64,000 nucleotides of DNA from an uncultured Chloroflexia bacterium (lineage in GTDB: Bacteria; Chloroflexota; Dehalococcoidia; Dehalococcoidales; UBA2162), in assembly GCA_963735055.1 (NCBI GenBank), contig CAVTJN010000010.1, forward strand, positions 47,442-111,441, written 5' to 3'. The position numbers and the translations under genes were made by a program. The notes under the pieces were generated by a model. The model saw nothing but the letters and a program-made list of their open reading frames with translations. It was not told where the DNA came from and did not search any database. Below are positions 12,284 to 21,825 of the stretch, in pieces (positions within the stretch are counted from its first letter, which is position 1; every line of letters starts with the position of its first letter).

Positions 12284-12967
12284 GTGAATGGAAACGAGAG
12301 GGTCGGCGCGGTGATCGCGGCCGCCGGTTCAAGCCAGCGGATGGCCGGGGTCGACAAGATTTTCGCCGACCTCGACGGTGCGCCGGTGCTGGCGCACGTC
12401 GTGGACACTTTCGAGCGCTGTTTGTCAATCGACCAGGTGGTCATCATAGTGAGTGAGCAGAACCTGCAAATGGGCGCCAGACTCTTGGCAGACCACCGTT
12501 GGTCGAAGGTCACCGGGGTGTGGGCCGGAGGGGTGCGGCGGCAAGATTCAGTGGTGAATGGCGTGGCGCGACTGACAAGCTGCGACTGGGTAGTCATCCA
12601 CGACGGGGCCCGGCCGATGGTTACAGTCGACCTGATCCAGCGCGGGTTGGAGGCGGCGGCCGAGACCGGGGCAGCCATCGCGGCGGTCCCGGTTACGGAT
12701 ACGATCAAAGTGGTCGGGGCCGGCATGACGGTCGAGGGGACGCCACCGCGGCACAGCCTGTGGTCGGTGCAGACGCCGCAGGTGTTCCGCTTCAGCCTTA
12801 TTGACCAGGCGTACCATAACCTGGCATTCGAGGTATCCGATGATTCCAGTGCGGTCGAACGCCTGGGACACAAGGTAAAGATATACCAAGGCTCGTATGA
12901 TAATATGAAAATAACAACCCCGGATGATCTGGCCGTGGCGGGCGTGCTTTGGCGGAAGCGTGGGTAA
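12284..12967 (+). CDS. ispD: 2-C-methyl-D-erythritol 4-phosphate cytidylyltransferase
   Basis: AAAGSSQRM, RQDSV, IHDGARP, QTPQVF, NMKITTPDDL. Confidence 0.95.
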   Translation: MNGNERVGAVIAAAGSSQRMAGVDKIFADLDGAPVLAHVVDTFERCLSIDQVVIIVSEQNLQMGARLLADHRWSKVTGVWAGGVRRQDSVVNGVARLTSCDWVVIHDGARPMVTVDLIQRGLEAAAETGAAIAAVPVTDTIKVVGAGMTVEGTPPRHSLWSVQTPQVFRFSLIDQAYHNLAFEVSDDSSAVERLGHKVKIYQGSYDNMKITTPDDLAVAGVLWRKRG

Positions 12968-13460
12968 ACAGCGCACCGGCATTGGACACGATGTCCACCG
13001 CCTTGTTTCCGGGCGAAAACTGGTGCTGGGTGGGGTCGAGATATCGCATGACAAGGGTCTGGATGGTTGGAGTGACGCGGACGCCCTGATACATGCGATC
13101 ATAGATGCGTTGCTGGGGGCGGCGGGGTTGGGGGATATCGGACGGCATTTCCCGCCGGGCGCGGCCGAGTACAAAGGCATATCCAGTCTGACGCTGCTGG
13201 GCAGAGTACGGGACGAGCTTGACCAAGGCGGGTGGCGAGTGGGCAACGTTGATGCCACGGTGGTCGCCGAGCAACCGAGACTCAGCCCGTACATCGACCG
13301 GATGCGGCAGTCAGTGGCCCAGGGGTTGGGCATCGCAGCGGCGCAGGTCAATGTGAAAGCGGGCACCAGCGAGGGGATGGGGTTCACGGGGCGGGGCGAA
13401 GGAATTGAGGTCATCGCGGTGGCCACGATTGAGGCGGCGGGAGAACCAGGGAATGGATGA
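12960..13460 (+). CDS. ispF: 2-C-methyl-D-erythritol 2,4-cyclodiphosphate synthase
   Basis: GIGHDVHRL, SDADALIHAIIDALLGAAGLGDIGRHFP. Likely GTG start at 12960. Confidence 0.93.
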   Translation: MGKQRTGIGHDVHRLVSGRKLVLGGVEISHDKGLDGWSDADALIHAIIDALLGAAGLGDIGRHFPPGAAEYKGISSLTLLGRVRDELDQGGWRVGNVDATVVAEQPRLSPYIDRMRQSVAQGLGIAAAQVNVKAGTSEGMGFTGRGEGIEVIAVATIEAAGEPGNG

Positions 13461-13756
13461 GCGGACGGATGCTGACAGCTCCTTGCCAGTGGTTTTTGTC
13501 TGCATGTGTCCGCAGCCCCCTTTGAGGGGCGTCCGGTAAGCGATCCGGCCCTGTAAGGATCTTTGGTCCGGGTCCCATTTCTCCAGTCTCGGAAGAGACG
13601 TCAGATCCGTTTTTCAGCATGACCCGGGCGCGCTAAATACGATGGAGGTGCTCCTGATTACCCCGGAGTTCACTCCCGCCAGTTCCACCGGATATACCAC
13701 CGGCTGCTGGCAATTCGCTGAATCGTGATGACGAAGGTAAGAGAGGCAGACGTGAA

Positions 13757-15122
13757 ATGAAGATACTCAACACAATCTCCGGCCAGAAAGAAGAATTCGT
13801 CCCTCGCGGTGATGCTGTGACGATGTACGTTTGCGGGGTCACTCCCTACGATGAATCGCACCTTGGTCACGCGATGTTCGCCGTCGTCTTCGACGTCGTC
13901 CGGCGCTACCTGGTTTTCCGGGGCCACCGGGTCATCTACGTAAGGAATATTACTGACATCGAAGATAAGATCATCGACCGGGCCGGCAAGATGGGCGTCC
14001 CGCCCCGGGAACTGGCCGAGAAGTTCGCCAATCGGTTCTTCGACGACATGAGTGCGTTAAACGTGCAAAAGCCGGACATCACGCCCTATGCCACCGAGGA
14101 GATACCCAAGATGCTTGAGATTATCGAGGGTCTGGTCAAGAAGGGGCATGCCTATCCCGCCGGGGGCAGTGTCTACTTCCGGGTGCAGAGCACCTCGGAC
14201 TATGGCAAGCTGTCACATCGTACCCTCGATTCCATGATGGCCGGGGCGCGTATCGAGCCTGGAGAAGAGAAGGAACACCCGATGGACTTCGCCCTCTGGA
14301 AGGCGGCTAAGCCCGGCGAACCTTCCTGGGAGAGCCCCTGGGGTAAAGGCCGGCCGGGTTGGCACATCGAGTGTTCAGCAATGTCATTGAGATACCTCGG
14401 GGAGCAGATCGACATCCACGGGGGCGGGCAGGACCTCATTTTCCCCCACCACGAGAACGAGATCGCCCAGTCGGAGTGCTTTCACCGGTAAGAAGCCGTT
14501 CGTGAAGTACTGGATGCACAACGGTCTGCTGAAACTCGGCGCCGAGAAGATGAGCAAGTCAATGGGTAATCTGGTGACAATAAGGCAGGTGCTCCAGCAG
14601 CATAGCGCCGACGCAGTCCGTATTTTCATCCTGAGTTCTCACTACCGGAGCCCGCTGACCTACTCGGAAGAGACGCTGAACGGGGCCGAAAAGGGGGCAG
14701 AACGACTGAGGCAAGTGGGGACCATCGCTTCCGGGGGTGCCGTTGCGGCAACAATCGATGTCGCGGCTTTCAGGAAGAGATTCGTCGAAGCCATGGATGA
14801 CGATTTCAACAGCCCGCAGGCCCTGTCGGCCGTGTTCGACCTGGCGCGCGATATCAATCGGGAAAGAGATGCCGGCCGGGACGTCGCCGCGGCCAAGCAG
14901 ACGTTCATTGAGCTATCGGGCGTCCTTGGACTAACGTTGAAGCCGGCGGAGGGCCGGCTCGCTGATGCCGCCCCATTCATCGAGTTGCTGATTGCGACCA
15001 GGAAAGGGTTGCGTCAGGCGAAGCAGTTCAAGCTGGCCGATGATATCCGTGACCGGCTGACCGAACTGGGAATCGTACTCGAGGACACCTCGCAGGGTAC
15101 TTCCTGGAAGCATAGGAAGTAG
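13757..15122 (+). CDS. cysS: Cysteine--tRNA ligase (single frameshift near 14481)
   Basis: [30 protein letters not shown], then KMSKS in a second frame. One extra T in GAGTGCTTTCACC. Confidence 0.92.
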
Positions 15123-15181
15123 GCACACTGCAGCTTGGTGCCAGGTCGTTATTCGCCGGATGGAGGCAACTTGCGAACCAG

Positions 15182-16432
15182 ATGATAGCGAACATGCTCA
15201 GTTACATTACCCGCCGGGAAGGCAGAAAATTCCTTCGGCTCAGCGAGCAGATCGATGATTCCTTTACGGCTGAGTCGATGCTGCCCGCCGGACAGCAGGC
15301 CGCCCTGTACGTTCACATCCCTTTTTGCCGGACACTGTGTCCCTTTTGCTGTTTCAACCGCTACCTGTACAAGGAAGACAGCGCCCGGCAGTACTTCAAG
15401 AGTCTCAGGGCGGAACTCGACCTGTACCGGGCCCGCGGTTTCAAGTTTTCGAGCGTGTATTTTGGCGGCGGAACGCCGCCGATACTGATGGACGAATTGG
15501 TGAGTTTTGTAGACGATCTGCGGCAGAAATTCGAAATCAGGGAAATCTCGCTGGAAAGCACCCCGGCCGAAGTGAATCCGGGTACCATCAGACTGCTGAG
15601 GCAGGCCGGTGTCAAACGGTTCTCGATCGGCATCCAGAGTTTTGACAACGATGTACTGAAGGCGATGGGCAGGGTAGGCTGCACCGGGGAAGAGGCCCGG
15701 GAGAAGGTGCTCATGGCCCAAGGCAACTTCGACACCCTGAACATCGATCTCATATTCAACTTCCCATTCCAGTCGCTTGACCAGTTCCGGGCCGACGTCG
15801 CGGCGTTCAAGGACATGGGCATCGACCAGGCGACGTTCTATCCACTAATGGCGTCGCCGCACAAGAGAAGCGCGATGGAGCGCAGGTTCAACCGCGTCAG
15901 CACGGCCCGGGAGCGGCAGTTCTACGAGGTTATTCTAGCGGAACTGTATGACGACCCGCATTACCGGGCATCGACAGCATGGTGTTTTTCGCGTGGCGAC
16001 CGCATGATCGACGAATACATAATCGACTTTGACGACTATGTTGGTATCGGATCCGGCTCGGTAAGCATTGTGGGCGGGCGATTCTACGTGAACTCCTTTT
16101 CGCTTGACCGGTACAACGAAACGGTGGGCCGGGGCAGGTTACCGATTATCGGCTCCCGGGAGTTGACCGAAAAGGAAGCGCTGCGCTACTACCTGCTGAC
16201 GGCACTTTTCGGGATGTCAGTTGACCCGGACAAATTCGAGCGAAGGTTCGGGGCAAAGATCGGATCGAGACTGGGACTGGAACTCGGGGCCTTCAGGCTA
16301 CTGGGCCTGGTGGCGGGGGGGGACAAGATACGAGTGACGCGACGGGGAATGTTCCCGGTAAACGTCATGATGCGTGACTTCTTCGCGTCACTCAACAGTC
16401 TCCGGGAGCGGTGCATCGAGGACCAGGTCTAG
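15182..16432 (+). CDS. menK: Class C radical SAM methyltransferase (HemN-like), probable menaquinone methyltransferase MenK/MqnK
   Basis: LYVHIPFCRTLCPFC, YFGGGTP, QATFYPLM, IDEYIIDFDDYVGIGSGS; clustered with menG and menA. Confidence 0.72.
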   Translation: MIANMLSYITRREGRKFLRLSEQIDDSFTAESMLPAGQQAALYVHIPFCRTLCPFCCFNRYLYKEDSARQYFKSLRAELDLYRARGFKFSSVYFGGGTPPILMDELVSFVDDLRQKFEIREISLESTPAEVNPGTIRLLRQAGVKRFSIGIQSFDNDVLKAMGRVGCTGEEAREKVLMAQGNFDTLNIDLIFNFPFQSLDQFRADVAAFKDMGIDQATFYPLMASPHKRSAMERRFNRVSTARERQFYEVILAELYDDPHYRASTAWCFSRGDRMIDEYIIDFDDYVGIGSGSVSIVGGRFYVNSFSLDRYNETVGRGRLPIIGSRELTEKEALRYYLLTALFGMSVDPDKFERRFGAKIGSRLGLELGAFRLLGLVAGGDKIRVTRRGMFPVNVMMRDFFASLNSLRERCIEDQV

Positions 16433-16572
16433 GGGTGGGGGGACGTGAGCCCGCAGGCGGCGGTGGAACAACGCGTAAGGGCGCGCGAAGATCCTCCATT
16501 TAGCCAGGCTGCTCAGGACTCTCTCCGAATGGGAATGGGAGCGGGCGCCGGCAAGCGCGGAGGCGCTGCACT

Positions 16573-17310
16573 CTACTTGGTGGCGACGTGTATGCCCACC
16601 GCTCCGAGGAGCAGAGGCCGGTAGGAAACCTCGCGGAAGCCGGCGGTCTTCAGCAGTTCTCCTACCTGACCCGGATCGAAGAACCGGCGCGCTGATTCCG
16701 TGAGATACCGGTAGGCGCCCTTGTTCCCGGACAGCCACCAGCCGATCCAGTACACATACGTCCGCAAGTACAGGTGAAAGAACCACCGGATCAGCGGGGA
16801 ATCAGGCTGGCTCGATTCGACAATCACCAGCCTGCCTCCGGGGTTCAGGACCCTGAATATCTCAGCCAAGTGGAAGTGAACGACCGGGTTCCTGTAAGTC
16901 AGATTGCGAAAGGCAAACGAAATGCCGACGGTGTCGAAGTAGTCATTGACAAACGGCAGGCTGGCCGCTTCCGCCTGGGTGAAGGTTATCCGGGAACGAC
17001 CGACGGCGGCTTCGGCCTTGCGGGCTGCCAATTCGAGCATAGCAGGGGAGTAGTCCAGCCCGGTCACGGCGACGTAGTTCTTGGCCCGGCGGACGATGCC
17101 GATGGCGAGATCGCCGGTGCCGCAGCCGAGGTCGAGTATGCGCCGTGGTCCGGTCCCGGCACACGCGCGGGCCGCCAGATCACGCCAACGCTTGTCCAGG
17201 CCCCAGGTTATCAGCCCGTTGACCAGATCGTAGTGCCGCGGTATGGCGTTAAACATACCGAAGAGGGGCTTGCTTTGCGCCTGTTTCTGTTCGAGTCGGG
17301 TCATGGTCAT
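16573..17310 (-). CDS. menG: Demethylmenaquinone methyltransferase (MenG/UbiE)
   Basis: FNAIPRHYDLVN, LDLGCGTGD, SFAFRNL, AYRYLTES. Confidence 0.88.
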   Translation of the reverse strand: MTMTRLEQKQAQSKPLFGMFNAIPRHYDLVNGLITWGLDKRWRDLAARACAGTGPRRILDLGCGTGDLAIGIVRRAKNYVAVTGLDYSPAMLELAARKAEAAVGRSRITFTQAEAASLPFVNDYFDTVGISFAFRNLTYRNPVVHFHLAEIFRVLNPGGRLVIVESSQPDSPLIRWFFHLYLRTYVYWIGWWLSGNKGAYRYLTESARRFFDPGQVGELLKTAGFREVSYRPLLLGAVGIHVATK

Positions 17311-17317
17311 CAGTACT

Positions 17318-18208
17318 TCAGACTACTTTGTCGAGTATGTATCCGACTCCGAGGAGTAACTGGGTCACAAGGACCACCATCACGTTGTTGGCCATAGCGG
17401 GGACCAGCTTCGCGAGGTTTTCGGATTTCTGCGCTCCGGCGATGGCCTTGGCGGCCAGGGGTATAGTGAGGAGCGCGATCAGACTGAAAGCGGGCATTGC
17501 CCCAAGAGCGACGGCACCGACAATCCACGCGTAGACTGCTATGGTCGTAGCCGAGTAAATCAGGCTGGCTCTTCTCCTCCCCTCGGTTATGGGTAGTGTC
17601 CGTCGACCTGCGGTCTTGTCTGCTTCAACGTCAGGGAACTCATTAAGCAGCAGCAGATTGTACACCAGGAAACCGGAGGGCACGGAAGCGATCAAAGCGG
17701 GGATGGTATACTGGCTGGCCTGGACGAAGAAGGTGCCCAAAATAGGCAGCGTGCCGAGGCCGAGCCCGGCCGCCCACTCTGGAGATCTGGTCTTCAAGAC
17801 GAGAGGCGTGTAGGCCAGAATGCAGACAGCGGCGACTACCAGCAGCGGCAGCAACTCCCAGCCGCTTTTGAGGACGAAGTAAACGCCGATCGGGACGATG
17901 ATGATGAATGCGCCCATCCCCAACCAGAACACCTGGCGGGTTGTCATCAACTGGCCGGGGAGGATGCCGCTCCCGCCGCTGAACGGCGTTCGCTGAGTCT
18001 TCTTGTCGATGCCACTGCCGAAATCGAACCAGTCATTGAGGACATTGACGCTGACATGGGCGAGCAGGAGGCCCACGAAAGCGAGAACGGCAAAACCGAA
18101 ATTGAAGAAACCGGCATTCCAGGCGATGGTGGAGCCCAGGAACGCGAGCACCACGGACAACAGCAGGAACTGCGGTCTTGTCTCGAGGAACCACGATCTG
18201 GCGTTCAT
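17318..18208 (-). CDS. menA: 1,4-dihydroxy-2-naphthoate prenyltransferase (MenA/UbiA family)
   Basis: ETRPQFL, NVLNDWFD...GID, NEFPDVEADKTAGRRTL; multiple TM segments. Start taken at ATG 18208. Confidence 0.85.
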   Translation of the reverse strand: MNARSWFLETRPQFLLLSVVLAFLGSTIAWNAGFFNFGFAVLAFVGLLLAHVSVNVLNDWFDFGSGIDKKTQRTPFSGGSGILPGQLMTTRQVFWLGMGAFIIIVPIGVYFVLKSGWELLPLLVVAAVCILAYTPLVLKTRSPEWAAGLGLGTLPILGTFFVQASQYTIPALIASVPSGFLVYNLLLLNEFPDVEADKTAGRRTLPITEGRRRASLIYSATTIAVYAWIVGAVALGAMPAFSLIALLTIPLAAKAIAGAQKSENLAKLVPAMANNVMVVLVTQLLLGVGYILDKVV

Positions 18209-18324
18209 TTCTGATCCAGCCTCGGTGAGCACTCGAGCGGGCACTTCCGATGAACACACAGGTCGTGTCTGGCGTCAGACACGACCTGTGTAATGAGTCC
18301 CCTGGTAAGAAGGTTGGCGATCAT
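18205..18324 (-). CDS. Putative 39-aa upstream ORF coupled to menA
   Basis: Strong RBS GGAGGAG; MIANLLTRGLITQVVSDARHDLCVHRKCPLECSPRLDQK*; its stop overlaps the menA start (ATGA). Confidence 0.4.
   Translation of the reverse strand: MIANLLTRGLITQVVSDARHDLCVHRKCPLECSPRLDQK
18256..18291. repeat. Perfect 16-bp inverted repeat (hairpin)
   Basis: ACACAGGTCGTGTCTG-gcgt-CAGACACGACCTGTGT. Confidence 0.9.
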
Positions 18325-18495
18325 TTCGCTCCTCCGCCTCCTCGAATTTCGCGACCGATGAGGGCCCTATGATAGTGACCGGCGGGTTCAACCGCCCGAC
18401 AATCAAAAGCCAACAGGCGCGGGGCGTTGCCTAACCTGAAGTCCCGATTGCAGGATAAAATAATGCTCATGGAGAGTACATCGCCTGGCCGATAT

Positions 18496-18714
18496 CTAGG
18501 TTACCCGCAGGGACACCAGGGCGATCACGATGAAGAGCACTGAGAGCACAATCGTGAGCTGGAACAGTGCCTTCTCAAGTCCGCGGCGAGTCCGGTAGAC
18601 GGTGTCCGGCTGACCGAAGACCCCGCCGAGACCGCCGCCCCTGACCTGGAGCAATATCACCAGTATGAGCGACGCAGACAGGACGATCTGGACGATGTTA
18701 AGGAAGAGTTGCAC
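18496..18714 (-). CDS. secG: Preprotein translocase subunit SecG
   Basis: Two TM helices flanking ILLQVRGGGLGGVFG...TRRGLEKAL. Confidence 0.92.
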   Translation of the reverse strand: MQLFLNIVQIVLSASLILVILLQVRGGGLGGVFGQPDTVYRTRRGLEKALFQLTIVLSVLFIVIALVSLRVT

Positions 18715-18715
18715 T

Positions 18716-20167
18716 TTATTCTCCCAACAGCTTCTTTTTCAGAAGATCATTTACCATTTGCGGGCTGGCCTGCCCGCGGGTGGATCTCATCACCTGGCCC
18801 ACCAGGAACTTGATAGCGTGCTCCTTGCCGGCGCGAAGATCGCTGACCGCTTTAGGGTTTGAATCTATCGCCCGGGCTACTGCTGCTTCAATAGCCTGGG
18901 AGTCGCTAATCTGGCCAAGCCCCTTTTCCCGGACGATGACATCGGCCGACTTGCTGGTAGTGAACATCTCCTCCAGCACAATTCGGGAAGTGGCGGCGGT
19001 GATCACCCCGGACGATCCCATTCCCAGGAGTTGGGCCGATCTCTCAATTCCAACCTGATTGCGGAACTCGACTATATCAGCATTGTGCTGGTTCATGATG
19101 GCGCTCACCGGGCCGAGAAGCCAGTTGCTCACATCTTTGGCGGGCGCGGCTTGTGCGCCGACCAAGTCTTCAAAGTAGTCGGCCATGGCTCGAGAACCGG
19201 TGAGAAGGTTGGCGTCATACAGAGGTAGTCCGTACCGGGCGACGAACCGCTCTCTTTTAGCCTCGGGGAGTTCCGGCAGCTTTGCCCTGATGTCCTCGAC
19301 GCTCTCGCGGTCCACGCACAATGGAGGCAGGTCCGGCTCCGGGAAATAACGGTAGTCGTGGGCGTATTCCTTGGTCCGTTGTGATACTGTCTGGGCCTTT
19401 TCCTCGACCCAGCCCCTCGTTTCCTGGACTATTCTTTCGCCGTCCTCGATCGCCTTGCGTTGCCGAACGGCCTCGTATTCCATCGCCCGGAAGACTGCCC
19501 GGAAACTGTTCATGTTCTTTACTTCGACCTTCGGGCCATATTCCAGGGTCCCCGCCGGTCGAAGGCTGATGTTGGCGTCGCAGCGGAAGCTGCCTTCCTC
19601 CATATTGGCGGTAGAGACATCGAGGTAAAGTAGTATGTTGCGCAGCTTGATCAGATACTGGCGGGCCTCTTCGGGCGATCGAAGGTCCGGATCACCGACG
19701 ATCTCCATCAGGGGCGTTCCGGCACGGTTGACGTCGACCAGGCTGTACGTTTCGCCGACACCGGCGCGGTGTAACAACTTGGCGACATCCTCTTCAAGGT
19801 GCACCCGGGTAATTCCTATCCGCCGCTGTGCGCCCTGTACCTCGACCGTGATTTCGCCTTTGACGCCGACGGGAGCATCGTACTGGGAAATCTGATAGCC
19901 CTTCATGAGGTCGGGATACGGGTAGTTCTTGCGGTCGAACTTGGTATGTTCGGATACGGTGCAGTTGAGCGCCAGCGCGGTCATGATCGTGCATTCGATG
20001 GCGCGCCGGTTGATGACCGGAAGGACGCCGGGCATGCCCGAACAGACCGGGCAGACGTGGGTGTTGGGTGGGGCGTTGGCATAGTCGGCGCTGCAGCCGC
20101 AGAACATCTTTGTTCTGGTCTTCAGCTGGGCGTGTACTTCAAGGCCGATAACAGTCTCGTATTCCAT
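18716..20167 (-). CDS. gatB: Asp/Glu-tRNA amidotransferase subunit B
   Basis: YETVIGLEVHAQL, FDRKNYPYPDLMKGYQISQ, RCDANIS, YRYFPEPDLP. Confidence 0.96.
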   Translation of the reverse strand: MEYETVIGLEVHAQLKTRTKMFCGCSADYANAPPNTHVCPVCSGMPGVLPVINRRAIECTIMTALALNCTVSEHTKFDRKNYPYPDLMKGYQISQYDAPVGVKGEITVEVQGAQRRIGITRVHLEEDVAKLLHRAGVGETYSLVDVNRAGTPLMEIVGDPDLRSPEEARQYLIKLRNILLYLDVSTANMEEGSFRCDANISLRPAGTLEYGPKVEVKNMNSFRAVFRAMEYEAVRQRKAIEDGERIVQETRGWVEEKAQTVSQRTKEYAHDYRYFPEPDLPPLCVDRESVEDIRAKLPELPEAKRERFVARYGLPLYDANLLTGSRAMADYFEDLVGAQAAPAKDVSNWLLGPVSAIMNQHNADIVEFRNQVGIERSAQLLGMGSSGVITAATSRIVLEEMFTTSKSADVIVREKGLGQISDSQAIEAAVARAIDSNPKAVSDLRAGKEHAIKFLVGQVMRSTRGQASPQMVNDLLKKKLLGE

Positions 20168-20271
20168 CGACTCCACTGCGGCTAAGTATATCAGTTGGCC
20201 AACGCGAGTGACAAGAATGACGGGCAGGACGACGAAGGTCTCAACCACGTCCCGGGGAAGGTGGCGGCGGG

Positions 20272-20454
20272 CTAAGCCAGTTCGACCACGTCGGTCACGT
20301 TCAACTCGAGCATCTTGACGCTGGCCAGGATGCGGTCAGCATTCCTCTCGACAGCCGGAAAGCCGATCTCCGCCAGGGAGCGCAATTCAATGGCAGCGCT
20401 CTTGATGGCGGCTATCTTCCCGGCCATTTGCTTAATAAGGTCGGCGTTGTCCAT
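20272..20454 (-). CDS. Hypothetical small helical protein
   Basis: RBS AAGGAGG before MDNADLIKQM...FPAVERNADRILASVKMLELN. Confidence 0.65.
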   Translation of the reverse strand: MDNADLIKQMAGKIAAIKSAAIELRSLAEIGFPAVERNADRILASVKMLELNVTDVVELA

Positions 20455-20558
20455 GACTGCCTCCTTCTTATTGGCGGAATTACAGCAGAACGGGCATCCG
20501 GTTGTCAAGACGCGTGCGGCGATTGCCCGCCGTCTCGGGCGAATGCTACTATGGACTG

Positions 20559-21155
20559 ATGATGTTGAGACTGCAGTCGGAGCTGTCCCGCCGGCCGGTG
20601 CGCCGTGCTCAGCCCTCCGATCGAATATCCTCGGCCGTGTTGATACCGATATTCGAGACGAATGATGGTCACTATGTCGTGTTCACCGAGCGCACCCACA
20701 TGGTCAGGACTCATAAGGGGCAGATCTCCTTCCCCGGCGGTTCCCGCGACCCCGACGACGCCTCGCTTCTTGACACAGCATTGAGAGAGTGCGCCGAGGA
20801 GGTTGGTATCGCCCGCGAAACAGTTCAGATCATTGGCCAGCTGGACGATTGTCCGACTTATGTTTCCAGCTACATTATCACGCCGTTTGTCGGGGTAATT
20901 CCCTGGCCACACGTGTTTAAGGCCAGTGAAGCGGAGACGGCCAGCATAATCGAGGCATCAATCGCGGACTTGCTTGACGGAAGATGCGTGACCGAAGAGA
21001 CGCAGATGGTGGACGGGGTGGCGGTTCCTACCTACTACTTCACCTATGGTGGCAAGGTGATCTGGGGAGCGACGGCGCGTATCCTGAAACAGTTTCTGGG
21101 GACATGGCAGACTGCCAGTGCAGAAATGGGGTTGAAGAACGGCGAGGTAGAATGA
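20559..21155 (+). CDS. Nudix hydrolase, CoA pyrophosphatase family (NudL-like)
   Basis: SAVLIP, HKGQISFPGG, TALRECAEEVG, IWGATARIL. Confidence 0.9.
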   Translation: MMLRLQSELSRRPVRRAQPSDRISSAVLIPIFETNDGHYVVFTERTHMVRTHKGQISFPGGSRDPDDASLLDTALRECAEEVGIARETVQIIGQLDDCPTYVSSYIITPFVGVIPWPHVFKASEAETASIIEASIADLLDGRCVTEETQMVDGVAVPTYYFTYGGKVIWGATARILKQFLGTWQTASAEMGLKNGEVE

Positions 21156-21593
21156 CGGCGTTCGCTTCGGGCCTGCCGGCCGTGGCGCCAGCCGCCGCAG
21201 ATGGAGGCCCCGCGACAATAGGCCTCTGGGCATTGCTCCTCATCGCGGTCGGTCTCTCGGCCGATTGCTTCGCGGTATCCATCGGCGCCAGCATGTCCGA
21301 AACCGGGCACGGCCGGTGGCGCGTGCTGCGGACGGCACTATCCTTCGGCGCGTTCCAGACTCTAATGCCAGTAATTGGCTGGCTGGCGGGGCGTACGGTG
21401 GTGGACGTTATTGGCGGGTACGACCATTGGGTTGCCTTCGGGCTGCTGGGATTTGTGGGCGGCAAGATGAAATGGGAATGGTTTTGTTGCCGGCAGGAGG
21501 GCAGGCGAGTTGTTGGGCAAGCGCGCCGAGATGGTGGGGGGTCTGGTACTGATTGGGATCGGTGTCAGGATCCTGCTGAGTCACGTCCGGTAG
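21152..21593 (+). pseudogene. mntP: Manganese efflux pump MntP with internal deletion and frameshift
   Basis: GLSADCFAVSI...DHWVAFGLLGFVGGKM jumps out of frame near 21478 to the C-terminal [20 protein letters not shown]. The second SxDA repeat is missing. Confidence 0.8.
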
Positions 21594-21615
21594 GGAGCTG
21601 TGGTATAATCGGCCC

Positions 21616-21804
21616 ATGAAACGTCAACTGATGGACATCCTTGCGTGTCCAGTATGCAAGGGCGAACTCAAGCTCACAATTGCCCAAGAGAACGAGAAGG
21701 AGATCGTAACCGGGTCCCTGCATTGTGCCAGGTGCAACCAAAGTTACCCGATCGAGGACACGATTCCCAATCTGCTGCCACCCGAGCAGCCGTCCCGAGA
21801 CTAG
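21616..21804 (+). CDS. Trm112-like methyltransferase partner (YcaR family)
   Basis: LMDILACPVCKGEL...LHCARC...YPIEDTIPNLLP. Confidence 0.9.
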   Translation: MKRQLMDILACPVCKGELKLTIAQENEKEIVTGSLHCARCNQSYPIEDTIPNLLPPEQPSRD

Positions 21805-21825
21805 TGAGCCACCAGCAGGTGAGGA

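Noticed and set aside
13461-13756. Canonical T-box riboswitch for cysS
   Set aside because: No GGTGGNACC T-box bulge or terminator on the sense strand; kept only as an unexplained structured spacer.
14478-14491. Programmed ribosomal frameshifting in cysS, cimA or trkA
   Set aside because: No slippery heptamer or stimulatory element; several unrelated single-base insertions point to sequencing error.
15182-16432. Annotation as true HemN coproporphyrinogen dehydrogenase
   Set aside because: The QxTxYPLM motif and the menA/menG context favour a MenK-type enzyme, and no hem genes are nearby.
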